Origin: an uncultured Gammaproteobacteria bacterium
GTDB taxonomy: Bacteria > Patescibacteriota > Microgenomatia > JAMCZE01
DNA: 64,000 nucleotides
Direction: 5' to 3'
NCBI GenBank assembly: GCA_964576435.1
Contig: CAZNUP010000001.1
Coordinates: forward strand, 442,259 to 506,258
The position numbers and the translations under genes are program-made. This document shows, in pieces, positions 49,472-58,622 of this stretch (its first letter is position 1; the number at the start of each line of letters is the position of its first letter). Under the pieces are notes generated by a model. It saw nothing but the letters and a program-made list of their open reading frames with translations, had not been told where the DNA came from and did not search any database.

Positions 49472-49504
49472 TGGATGGAAAACGTCCGAACTTTTACTCT
49501 TAAA
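49472..49504 (+). repeat. Imperfect direct repeat, copy 2
   Basis: TGGATGGAAAACGTCCGAACTTTTACTCTTAAA; overlaps the stop codon of the kinase gene. Confidence 0.75.
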
Positions 49505-50489
49505 AAGACCGCTGCTCAATAAATGGGTTTAAAACCGACTGCAGAAAAGTTAGCGTCTCCGGTTTAGAATTAATTCCCTTTTGTTTGAGTAAATGAGGGA
49601 GCGTAATATTTGCCATCGTTGTGTTCGTCCTCACTGTCAATTTTTTCTGAACACCTGTGTATAATGAGTCTTTCTGCATGTCCTCATTTGCTAATTGATT
49701 TAGCCTCACCTGCAGTTTCTCATATTGATTGTCATACCGTTCTCGTTCCGAATCAGATAATTGATCTCGAGAGGCCTGCCAAGTAAAATCCGGTCCGATG
49801 TAGTGTTCAAGGATTGCCTTTGCTGCTAGATATTGTTCGATTTTTTTCGCTTCAACTTCGCCAATCGAATAAGCGTTTGTGCCCAATTTAATGGCTACAC
49901 CAATGTCTTGTTCATACCACCTTAACAATTGCTGTTGCTCATTGGGTGAATGCAGGTTATTAATTAAGCAACCTTGTTCAAAATCAATGACAGATACGGT
50001 TATTGGCCTTAATTTATCTTGCACTCCATCAATTACAAAAGAACCAGCATTTACGTCTCCCAATAAAACTCCTTTTGAGTGAACTAAGGATAGTGAATCG
50101 TGGACTTGTGCAACTACCTCGTCAAATTTAGCTTTAGCTGTTTCTGTGGTCCAATTTATTCTTTCAATGGATTCCCCTGGAACCCTTGTCATTAATAAAT
50201 GTGCTTCGCTGTTATCTTTGTTATATTTTAGTCCAATTGGTTTAGGTGTTACACCTGAGCCATCCAACGCTTCCAAAAATCGAAATTCTTGCTCTAAACG
50301 TTGAATTACACTTCTGCTGCCGCCTGATTTTAATTTTGCCGATTTACTAAAAAGTTGAGGAAAAAAATCTCCCCCATCTGTAAAAAGCTGATTTTTCTTG
50401 CCTCTAATTTCCGCAGCCGGGCTCTTAAATTCTAAAGTATTGTAATGAGGATGGTCTTCATTGAGGATAATATCTCTAATTTCAGCCAT
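49500..50489 (-). CDS. Protein-kinase-like fold protein (atypical)
   Basis: EQEFRFLEAL, TPKPIG, LLMTRVPG, HSKGVLLGDVNAGSF catalytic loop, IDFE; TGaTAAAAT 5 nt before ATG. Confidence 0.72.
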   Translation of the reverse strand: MAEIRDIILNEDHPHYNTLEFKSPAAEIRGKKNQLFTDGGDFFPQLFSKSAKLKSGGSRSVIQRLEQEFRFLEALDGSGVTPKPIGLKYNKDNSEAHLLMTRVPGESIERINWTTETAKAKFDEVVAQVHDSLSLVHSKGVLLGDVNAGSFVIDGVQDKLRPITVSVIDFEQGCLINNLHSPNEQQQLLRWYEQDIGVAIKLGTNAYSIGEVEAKKIEQYLAAKAILEHYIGPDFTWQASRDQLSDSERERYDNQYEKLQVRLNQLANEDMQKDSLYTGVQKKLTVRTNTTMANITLPHLLKQKGINSKPETLTFLQSVLNPFIEQRSF

Positions 50490-50525
50490 GCTTAATTTTA
50501 TCAGAATTGGAACCTATGTTCATTT

Positions 50526-50534
50526 TGCTACAAT
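50526..50534 (+). promoter_or_regulatory. Extended -10 box (TGcTACAAT) for GT4 at 50543
   Basis: TACAAT 50529-50534 with TG; 8 nt gap to ATG; back-to-back with the minus-strand -10 at 50495-50500. Confidence 0.6.
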
Positions 50535-50542
50535 ATCTCTAT

Positions 50543-51595
50543 ATGAAAATATGTATTGATATTAGTCAGGTTGTTTTTAAAGGCTCGGGAGTAGAAAACT
50601 ACACCAGAAATTTAGTTAGGGAAGTTTTGCGCGAAAACAAGAAGACCAACTCTCATCAATACATTCTTTTTGGAACAAGTCTTCGCCAAAAAGTACTCCT
50701 AGACGATTTTGCTTTTGAACTACGTAAAGAGGGATTAATTTTTAAAACTAGTTTTTGGGCGCTACCCCCTTCTTTTACTTCAACTGTTTGGAATCAAGTT
50801 CATCACGTAAAGATTGAACGACTAACTGGGAAAATTGATGTGTTCCATTCGTCAGATTGGACCCAACCTCCAACTAGAGCCAAAAAGGTAACCACAATTC
50901 ATGATCTAGTGACCTATAAATTCCCCGAAGCTTCAAATAAAACTATTGTAGACAATATGCGCCATAAAAATGTTTGGGTTAAAAAAGAAGTGGATGCAAT
51001 AATTGCCGTCTCCAAAAATACAAAACAAGACATTATTGATATCCTGGAAATTCCACAAAATAAAATTCATGTCATCTATGAAGGCGTGGGGGAAGATTTT
51101 CTGAATTTTAAACCTGGAAAAGATAAGACTAGCAAAAAATATATCCTTGCTATGAGCGGTGTTGGAAATAGAAAAAACACTGACCGAGTAGAAGAAGCGT
51201 TTAATCTTTTAAAGCCAAAAGGAGTAGAACTTTCAATTGTTGGTAAAAATCTTGGTTTTGTAAAACAAAGCGATTTACCAAGCCTTTATGCCAATTCCCA
51301 GGTCTTTGTTTATCCAAGTCTTTATGAAGGATTTGGGCTTCCAGTTTTAGAAGCTATGTCAGTAGGTTGTCCAGTAATAACATCAAATAACAGCAGTCTC
51401 CCAGAAGTTGGCGGTGACGCTGCAATTTATGTTGATCCGAGATCTGTGGAGGACATAAAAGATAAAATTACTGAAGTTCTGTCTTTGAGTCCTAAATCAA
51501 GAAAGTCTTTGGTTGAAAAGGGATTCGCACAAAGTAAAAAATTCTCATGGAATAAAGCTGCTAAAGAAACTATAAAGCTTTATGAAAGTCTTTGA
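50543..51595 (+). CDS. GT4 glycosyltransferase (MtfB-like)
   Basis: [30 protein letters not shown]; start moved to ATG 50543. Confidence 0.9.
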   Translation: MKICIDISQVVFKGSGVENYTRNLVREVLRENKKTNSHQYILFGTSLRQKVLLDDFAFELRKEGLIFKTSFWALPPSFTSTVWNQVHHVKIERLTGKIDVFHSSDWTQPPTRAKKVTTIHDLVTYKFPEASNKTIVDNMRHKNVWVKKEVDAIIAVSKNTKQDIIDILEIPQNKIHVIYEGVGEDFLNFKPGKDKTSKKYILAMSGVGNRKNTDRVEEAFNLLKPKGVELSIVGKNLGFVKQSDLPSLYANSQVFVYPSLYEGFGLPVLEAMSVGCPVITSNNSSLPEVGGDAAIYVDPRSVEDIKDKITEVLSLSPKSRKSLVEKGFAQSKKFSWNKAAKETIKLYESL

Positions 51596-52652
51596 TTTGC
51601 TTGTTGCATTGCTTTTAACTACATTCCTTTTTCTTCACATAAACAATCAGAAGGTAAATATAACCCAACTTGAAAATCGCTATCAAAACTCCCAATACGT
51701 AAACCCAAGTGGCTATAAATATTTCATTGATGACCCAGAAGTCTACCAAGTTGCTGGCTGGCACTACATTCACGGAGAAAGTCCAGATAAGGTCAATTTT
51801 GAACACCAGCCATTAGCTAAATATCTAATTGGCTTGTCGCTAATGGTATTTCAGAATGCATCCTATTTACAGTTAATAATCGCTTTTTTGTGCCTCTTTT
51901 TAACAATTAAGCTCTCACGAATAGCTTTTGGACAATCTCTGTGGGCATTTATACCAGCTGTATTTCTAACAGCTGACCCATTGTTTCAAGAACAATCCCG
52001 TCTGGTTTATTTGGATATTTATCAACTCCTGGCAATACTTTTGCTCTTTTTCTTAGTCTTAAAGAAGCGTTTTGTGCTTTCAATGTTAGCTTTAGGATTA
52101 GTTCTGTTATCAAATTCCGTTTGGTCAGGAATGATTACTGGGTTTGTAGCACTTTTCTTCGTTTTTATAAAAGACCGAAAAAACCTTTGGAATTTTCTAA
52201 AGTTTGTCCCAATTACAATCTTGGTGTATTTAGCTGGATATCTAGTTTTCCTCTTAAAAAACTCCCCAATCGACTTTATTATGCTCCACATAAAACAAAT
52301 AAGGTTTTATTTGTCATATGTTCCCGAATATCCAAAAGGTGAAGTATTTAGGGTAATTTTCCAAGGGTCCTGGCGCAAATGGTTTGGAGATCATGGTTTC
52401 ATGCCAGCAGAGCCTTGGTCAATTTTGTGGCCAATTGGCTTAGTGCTTTCCTATGTTCCAATCATTTCTAAAAACAGATCTCCTCTGGTTGTGCTTTTCA
52501 CTTTATGGATTTCGGTCTGGCTCATTTTCCTAAGTACAAAACTAATTTTCCCCCGCTATTTGCTAGTAATCCTGCCGTTTATCTACATTTTGGCTATAAT
52601 GGGTATTCATGACTATTGGGATAAATGGCAACGAAGCAAACGTAAAAGTTAG
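51582..52652 (+). CDS. GT-C membrane glycosyltransferase
   Basis: FIDDPEVY, NFEHQPLAKYLIG, YLD, PRYLL; polytopic. Confidence 0.75.
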   Translation: MKVFDLLVALLLTTFLFLHINNQKVNITQLENRYQNSQYVNPSGYKYFIDDPEVYQVAGWHYIHGESPDKVNFEHQPLAKYLIGLSLMVFQNASYLQLIIAFLCLFLTIKLSRIAFGQSLWAFIPAVFLTADPLFQEQSRLVYLDIYQLLAILLLFFLVLKKRFVLSMLALGLVLLSNSVWSGMITGFVALFFVFIKDRKNLWNFLKFVPITILVYLAGYLVFLLKNSPIDFIMLHIKQIRFYLSYVPEYPKGEVFRVIFQGSWRKWFGDHGFMPAEPWSILWPIGLVLSYVPIISKNRSPLVVLFTLWISVWLIFLSTKLIFPRYLLVILPFIYILAIMGIHDYWDKWQRSKRKS

Positions 52653-53697
52653 GGTTGGAAGTGGTCAATATGCTTATGAACTTCTAACTCACCTAAAATC
52701 CTCAGATTCCTATAGGGTTTACCTTGAATCCAAGCCTCTAGACGACATGCCTAAAAACTTTTCCTATGAAGTTTTTGGTCCAAAAAAACTTTGGACTTTA
52801 ACTGGCCTTCAAAAAAGACTAATTGAAGAAAAGACTAAAGGAACTTTGCCAGACGTATTTTTCACTCCTGGTCACTATGCGCCTCTTTACATGCCAACTA
52901 AATCAGTAATCTCAATTATGGATTTAGCCTTTGAAAAGTTTAAGGAATACTATAAAAAACAGGATCTCTACCAACTCAAATATTGGACCATGACAAGTGC
53001 TATGGGGGCAAGTAAGATCTTGACCATTTCCGAGCATTCAAAGAAAGATATTTGCTCCCTTTATGCAGTTAGTCCAGATAAGGTTGTAGTTACCTATCCA
53101 GGATATGATAAAGATCGTTTCTCCCCAAAAGTTAAACCCGGAAAATTTAAAGGGAAATACTTCGTTTTCTTAGGGACTCTTCAACCTAAAAAAAATATCG
53201 AAAGACTTGTTGAGGCATTTAGTAGGATTGAAGACGATTCTATAAAACTCGTTATCGTCGGCATGATTAATGAAGGTCGTGGTGGTTGGATGAACCAGTC
53301 TATTTTTGACAAAGTAAAAGACCTAAGGCTAGAAGATAGGGTCATTTTTACTGGATATGTTCCAGATAATGAAGTTCCAGGTATTTTTAAAGGGGCATTG
53401 GCCTATGTTTTACCAAGTCTCTATGAGGGTTTTGGAATCCCTCCAATTGAAGCAATGGCTACAGGAGTGCCGGTGGTGGTTTCTAAGGTGAGTTCACTTC
53501 CTGAAATTTGCGGTGAAGCTGCAATCTACATAGAAAACCCCTATGATATAGATAGTATTAAAAGGGGTTTAGACCACGTTTTGAAAATGACAAAGACAGA
53601 AAGAGAAAAAAGAGTCGATTTGGGTGAAAAATGGGTAAAACGGTATAATTGGGAGGATACAGCCAAAAAGACTCTGGAGGTTTTAAAAAATGTTTAA
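52609..53697 (+). CDS. GT4 glycosyltransferase (MtfB-like)
   Basis: [36 protein letters not shown]; TATAAT (52595-52600) 8 nt before ATG. Confidence 0.9.
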   Translation: MTIGINGNEANVKVRVGSGQYAYELLTHLKSSDSYRVYLESKPLDDMPKNFSYEVFGPKKLWTLTGLQKRLIEEKTKGTLPDVFFTPGHYAPLYMPTKSVISIMDLAFEKFKEYYKKQDLYQLKYWTMTSAMGASKILTISEHSKKDICSLYAVSPDKVVVTYPGYDKDRFSPKVKPGKFKGKYFVFLGTLQPKKNIERLVEAFSRIEDDSIKLVIVGMINEGRGGWMNQSIFDKVKDLRLEDRVIFTGYVPDNEVPGIFKGALAYVLPSLYEGFGIPPIEAMATGVPVVVSKVSSLPEICGEAAIYIENPYDIDSIKRGLDHVLKMTKTEREKRVDLGEKWVKRYNWEDTAKKTLEVLKNV

Positions 53698-54286
53698 AGA
53701 TAAGTACGGAAACAAGCTCACAACTAAAGAAGCCCTGCCGAAAATTAATAATAGGATAGGTAGCTATATGCTCGATCTTGAGCTCATGATTTTGACCTTT
53801 GTTGGCAATATCCCTTCCCATTCTCTAAGAAGACTGTTTTATAGATCTGCAGGCATGAAAATAGGCAAGGGAACAAATATTCATATGTGGGCAAGGTTTT
53901 ATGAGCCCAAAAATATTGAAATTGGTGAGGATTCTCTTATTGGAGATAATGCATTTTTGGACGGCAGAGATAAGCTAAAAATTGGTAATCATGTAGGGAT
54001 TGCTTCACAAGTTCTTATCTATAACTCAGAGCACAACGTTAATTCAGAAGAATTCGAAGGCATCTATGGTCCAGTAGAAATTGGTGACTACGTTTTTATT
54101 GGCCCCAGAGTGACTATATTACCAGGTGTAAAAATTGGTAAAGGTGCAGTTATAGCGGCAGGAGCTGTAGTTACAAAAGATGTTCCCGAATTTGCTATAG
54201 TTGGCGGCGTGCCAGCGACAAAGATTAGTGACCGCAAGAATAAAGATCCCAAATATGTTCTTGGAAGGGCTCGCTTGTTTCAATAA
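53690..54286 (+). CDS. Left-handed beta-helix O-acyltransferase (WcaF/maltose acetyltransferase-like)
   Basis: Hexapeptide repeats [40 protein letters not shown]. Confidence 0.9.
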   Translation: MFKDKYGNKLTTKEALPKINNRIGSYMLDLELMILTFVGNIPSHSLRRLFYRSAGMKIGKGTNIHMWARFYEPKNIEIGEDSLIGDNAFLDGRDKLKIGNHVGIASQVLIYNSEHNVNSEEFEGIYGPVEIGDYVFIGPRVTILPGVKIGKGAVIAAGAVVTKDVPEFAIVGGVPATKISDRKNKDPKYVLGRARLFQ

Positions 54287-57200
54287 TGAGAAAAGCACTT
54301 AATTGGTTAGATGACAATATTATTACCCTAATTGCCGGGTTCCTCTTAATTTTTATTCCTCTTTATCCAAAAATCCCAGCAGCTGATATTCTTCCAGGTT
54401 ACATTGTCAGGATTAGATTAGAAGACTTCTTTATCTTAGCCTCAATTCTTATTTTTGGAATCCAGTTTTTAAGAAAGAAAGTAAAAATCGGCTGGGATTT
54501 ACCCTCAATTGGCATTATTGTCTACATTGTAATAGGACTAATATCAGTCTTTTGGTCAATTTTTGTTGCCCAAACAGTCCCTATGGAGTTTGTCCATATT
54601 GGAAAAACTGCTCTTCATTGGCTAAGAAGAATTGAATACTTTTCACTCTTCTTTATTTTTTTTGGAACTGGCCGGGATGTCAAAAAGGTAAAGATCATTA
54701 TGACCATTTTCTTCCTAACAGTAGCCGCCGTGACTATTTACGGTTATGGTCAAAAATATCTTGCCTGGTGCGCTTTTTCCACAATGAATCGGGAATTTTC
54801 TAAAGGCGCGTGTCTTTACCTAACGGAGCACTCCCGTGTTCTTTCAACTTTTGGAGGACATTACGATCTGGCTGCCTACTTAGTTATTGCCCTCTCCCTG
54901 GCTTGGAGTTTTTTCTTTGGCCTAAAAAACAAGTTTGCCAAAATTGCCATGGGGGTAGTAATTTTGTGCGGCCTATGGCTTTTAATTCTAACTGCTTCCC
55001 GTATTTCCTTCGGTGCCTATTTAGTAGGTCTTGCTGTAGTTGTCTTTATCTGGTCATTCAAAAAAGGAGTTGGGTGGGGAATAAGTAGGGGATTTGTTGC
55101 TCTTTTCTTAAGTATTCTCTTGATGTTATCTTTTGGTGACTTGTCAGATAGATTCTTAACTCTTGTTCGCTTCGATGAACGTTTTGGTGGAATTCGCCAG
55201 ATCCTTTTAGCAAGTAGTATCAAACCCCCTGCTGGTGCGATTTTAGTTGGCGATGTGACTTCAAGGTCTGATCAGCCACCAACCCCAATAAAACCAGGAG
55301 ATGTCACAGGTGATGAAGCTCCTCTCTTTGTTAATGTCAAACAAGCAGATGGTTCCATAAAAAGAGTAGAAAAGCCACGAACCTACTCAAAATGTGCTTT
55401 AAGGTTTGACCTTTCCACTTGTATTAGACTTGAATCCACCTGGCCCAGAGCATTTGGAGCATTTGAAAAAAGTCCGCTCTTTGGAACTGGATATGCCACA
55501 CTAACAAAAGCCCAAATTGAAGACTTCACTGAAGCAGAGTCAACAGACAACGACTATTTGCGCTCTCTTGGTGAAACCGGTGCTCTTGGTTTCTTGGCCT
55601 TCTTTGGAGTAGTTGTTGGTATGGCAATAATTGCCTTTAGAAGCCTCTCAGGTATTAAAGACCCATTTGTATTCTCGCTAGTTGCTGGTTTTATAGCTTT
55701 TGTTGTTGGAATTCTTGCTAATGCCGCTTACATTGACGTGTTCGAATCGAGTAAGGTCGCATATGTTTTCTGGGGACTTTCCGGTTTAACGCTTGGCACC
55801 ATTTATGCCCTGAGATCAAAAATTGCCGAGGATAGAGAACCATTCAGACTGAATTTTGATTGGAAGAGATATCTAGCAGCGTTGAAGAAATTTTTTCTTT
55901 CCGATGTCCCTTGGGTTTTATTACTTGTTGTCTTAGTTATTGTCACTCATGCCTACAATCCAGCAACTAGTAAATTCACTTTCGATGGCCCAATTGCCGA
56001 CTGGCATTCTTGGCGCCAAGCAGACACCTCATCAGTATCAAGGAGATTTGATAGAGATGGAATAAATCTGTTATATCCAACCTTTGACGATGTCTCATCA
56101 ATTCCCTCAGGTTTACCAAACCCCAATGGTTTTAGATACGTCGAATTCCCAATCTACAACGCAGCAACTGTCATGGTCAAAAAGTTCATGCCAGAACTAA
56201 GTATTGAAGCAGCAGGTAGAACAACCTCAGCCTTAGCTACAGCCTTTTCCGCTCTTTTCCTATTCCTAATAGCCAGAAGAATTTTTGGAAGAAGAGCAGG
56301 CTATTTGGTAATGATTACCTATGCTCTTATTCCCTATAACCTGTTTTACGGAAGATCAATTCTCCCAGATCCTACCATGGTAACCTTCTCTCTTGGATCA
56401 ATTTACTTTGCATTAAGATATGCCACAAAATCAAAAATCTACAACCTAGTTTTGAGTTTAATTTTTGGAGCGATTGCCCTTTTAGTTAAGCCTTACGCCT
56501 TCTTTTTACTTGCTCCAATAGCTTATATTTTGATTGCCGCTTTTGGATTTTCAAAGAAATTCTTAATTGTCTCTGCTTGTTATGCTCTTGCAGTTATCCC
56601 CCTTCTTTGGTGGCGCCAGTTTATTACAGCTTATCCAGCAGGAATTCCAGCAAATGACTGGCTCTTTAATGGTGATGGAATTAGGTTTAAAGGAGCTTTT
56701 TGGCAATGGATTTTTGCCGATAGAATTGGAAGATTGATTTTAGGATTCTGGGGACTCATTCTTCTAGCGTTTGGAATAGTTAGAAAACCACAAGAAAAGT
56801 TTGGCTGGTTCCCCTTAATTTTCCTTTTAACATCTCTTTGCTATGTATTTGTCTTTGCAACCGGCAATGTCCGTCATGACTATTACCAAATTCTTTTAGT
56901 CCCATCTCTTGCTCTTCTAGTTGGACTTGGAGTTGATTCACTTTTGAAAGGTAATTTTGTCTCCAAAGGCTTGGCTGTCATAGCTTTTATCTTTATGGTT
57001 GCCTTTGGTTGGTACCAGGTAAGAGACTACTACAATGTTAATCATCCTGAAATTGTTAAAGCCGGACGCGCTTTCGATAAACTCGTTGATAATCCAAAAG
57101 TAACAGTTATTGCTCCATATATGGGAGATACTGCCTTCCTTTATCAAACAAACCACAGAGGCTGGCCCATTATGGAAGGCTCAATTGATGACATGATTGG

Positions 57201-57396
57201 AAAAGGTGCACAGTTCTATGTCTCAACAACTTATGACGATGTAACTAATGACATCTTGAAGTATTCAGCCACCCAAGCAGTTCAAGATGAAAGAAAAGCA
57301 TATAAAGTTGAACCATATCCCTTTACAACAATTGCAAAAACCAAAGACTATGTCATTGTTCAATTAGTTCCAACAGAAAAACTTCCAGAAAGGTAA
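54286..57396 (+). CDS. Fusion: O-antigen ligase/O-oligosaccharyltransferase (Wzy_C)-like + GT-C (PMT_2) glycosyltransferase
   Basis: N-half RVLSTFGGHYDLAAYL, LTASR, IR...W, SPLFGTG, STDNDYLRSLGETGALG; C-half DWHSWRQADT, EFPIY, RSILPD, LVKPY, HDYYQ. Confidence 0.82.
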   Translation: MRKALNWLDDNIITLIAGFLLIFIPLYPKIPAADILPGYIVRIRLEDFFILASILIFGIQFLRKKVKIGWDLPSIGIIVYIVIGLISVFWSIFVAQTVPMEFVHIGKTALHWLRRIEYFSLFFIFFGTGRDVKKVKIIMTIFFLTVAAVTIYGYGQKYLAWCAFSTMNREFSKGACLYLTEHSRVLSTFGGHYDLAAYLVIALSLAWSFFFGLKNKFAKIAMGVVILCGLWLLILTASRISFGAYLVGLAVVVFIWSFKKGVGWGISRGFVALFLSILLMLSFGDLSDRFLTLVRFDERFGGIRQILLASSIKPPAGAILVGDVTSRSDQPPTPIKPGDVTGDEAPLFVNVKQADGSIKRVEKPRTYSKCALRFDLSTCIRLESTWPRAFGAFEKSPLFGTGYATLTKAQIEDFTEAESTDNDYLRSLGETGALGFLAFFGVVVGMAIIAFRSLSGIKDPFVFSLVAGFIAFVVGILANAAYIDVFESSKVAYVFWGLSGLTLGTIYALRSKIAEDREPFRLNFDWKRYLAALKKFFLSDVPWVLLLVVLVIVTHAYNPATSKFTFDGPIADWHSWRQADTSSVSRRFDRDGINLLYPTFDDVSSIPSGLPNPNGFRYVEFPIYNAATVMVKKFMPELSIEAAGRTTSALATAFSALFLFLIARRIFGRRAGYLVMITYALIPYNLFYGRSILPDPTMVTFSLGSIYFALRYATKSKIYNLVLSLIFGAIALLVKPYAFFLLAPIAYILIAAFGFSKKFLIVSACYALAVIPLLWWRQFITAYPAGIPANDWLFNGDGIRFKGAFWQWIFADRIGRLILGFWGLILLAFGIVRKPQEKFGWFPLIFLLTSLCYVFVFATGNVRHDYYQILLVPSLALLVGLGVDSLLKGNFVSKGLAVIAFIFMVAFGWYQVRDYYNVNHPEIVKAGRAFDKLVDNPKVTVIAPYMGDTAFLYQTNHRGWPIMEGSIDDMIGKGAQFYVSTTYDDVTNDILKYSATQAVQDERKAYKVEPYPFTTIAKTKDYVIVQLVPTEKLPER

Positions 57397-57398
57397 CC

Positions 57399-58622
57399 AT
57401 GAGGATTTTAATGCTCACCCTCTATTTGCCTTATCCGCCAAACTCCGGCGGTCAAATTCGCTCCTACAACCTAATCAAGCATCTCTCCAAAAAACATGAC
57501 ATTACTCTGGTTTCTTTTATTAAAAAAGGTGAAGAAAAATATGCCAAAGAAATGGAAAAATACTGTAAAGAAATTCTCTATTTCTATAGATCAGATAGTC
57601 CCTTCGATCTAAAAAATGTCATTAAAACTGGCTTAAGTTTCTATCCGTTCCTAGTGATGAGAAATTTCTCACCACTTGGGAAAAAAGTCATTGCTCAAAA
57701 GATGAAAACGGAAAAGTTTGATCTAGTCCATGTAGAGACTTTTTACTTAAGACCCCACATTCCAAATAACATAAAAATCCCCGTCGTTTTAGTTGATCAA
57801 ACAATTGAATTTGTTGTTTACCAGCACTATGTTCAGACAATGAAGAACTGGCTCATGAAACCTCTCTACTATATTGATGTATTAAAACTTAAATATTGGG
57901 AAACAAAGTTCTGGAAAGAAGCTAAAAGGGTTATTGCAGTTTCCGATGCAGACAAACAAACTATGCAAAAAAATGTTCCTGGACTTAAAGTTGATATTAT
58001 TCCAAATGCTCCTGGAGACGATCTTTCAGGACTTTATGATCCAGAAGAGAAAGCCAAGTTTAAAACACCAATAATTTTCTATCAAAGTAATTTCCTCTGG
58101 ATGCAAAATGTTGAAGGAGCAGAATTTCTTGCAAAAGAAGTATTCCCGTTAGTTCTCAAGAAATATCCAAATGCAATTTGCCGAATCGTTGGACAAAACG
58201 TAGAAAGTAATGCTCATTTTAAAATTGATCAACTAAAAGGCAAAAATGTTGAGGTCATAGATCTTGATAAATCTGACATCAAAGGTGTTATTAAAGCTTA
58301 TAAAGAAGGAACAATTTTAGTAGCGCCTCTAAAAGGCCCTGGTGGAACTAGACTTAAAATATTGGGTGCTATGTCAGCTGGCGTTCCAGTGGTGACTACT
58401 CCTGTTGGAGCAACTGGAATAGAAGCTAAAAATGGCAAAGAAATTTTAATTGGCCAAACCAAAGAAGAGTTGGCAAATTTAGTTATAAAATTAATTGAAG
58501 ATAGGAAACTTTATAAAGACATAATTATTAATGCCAAGAAATTAATCAAAGAAAAATATGATTGGGGTAAAGTTGCTGAAGATTTAAGTAAAATTTATGA
58601 AGAAGCAGCCAGGAAAAATTGA
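57399..58622 (+). CDS. GT4 glycosyltransferase
   Basis: PYPPNSGGQIR, APLKGPGGTRLKILGAMSAG, KYDW. Confidence 0.88.
   Translation: MRILMLTLYLPYPPNSGGQIRSYNLIKHLSKKHDITLVSFIKKGEEKYAKEMEKYCKEILYFYRSDSPFDLKNVIKTGLSFYPFLVMRNFSPLGKKVIAQKMKTEKFDLVHVETFYLRPHIPNNIKIPVVLVDQTIEFVVYQHYVQTMKNWLMKPLYYIDVLKLKYWETKFWKEAKRVIAVSDADKQTMQKNVPGLKVDIIPNAPGDDLSGLYDPEEKAKFKTPIIFYQSNFLWMQNVEGAEFLAKEVFPLVLKKYPNAICRIVGQNVESNAHFKIDQLKGKNVEVIDLDKSDIKGVIKAYKEGTILVAPLKGPGGTRLKILGAMSAGVPVVTTPVGATGIEAKNGKEILIGQTKEELANLVIKLIEDRKLYKDIIINAKKLIKEKYDWGKVAEDLSKIYEEAARKN

Larger units (their letters stand above)
43243..50540. other. Non-glycosylation gene insert (accessory island) inside the glycan locus
   Basis: Five genes unrelated to glycans, four on the minus strand, each with its own -10 box, flanked by plus-strand GT genes; no integrase seen. 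Confidence 0.6.

Noticed and set aside
48261-49504. Direct repeats as a CRISPR array
   Set aside because: Only two copies 1.2 kb apart with genes between them, and no cas genes
54286-57396. Interpreting the locus as classical LPS O-antigen/core biosynthesis
   Set aside because: No lipid A, Kdo, GT9 heptosyltransferase or wzz genes in the window; the heptose kinase is the GHMP (GDP-pathway) type, not HldE
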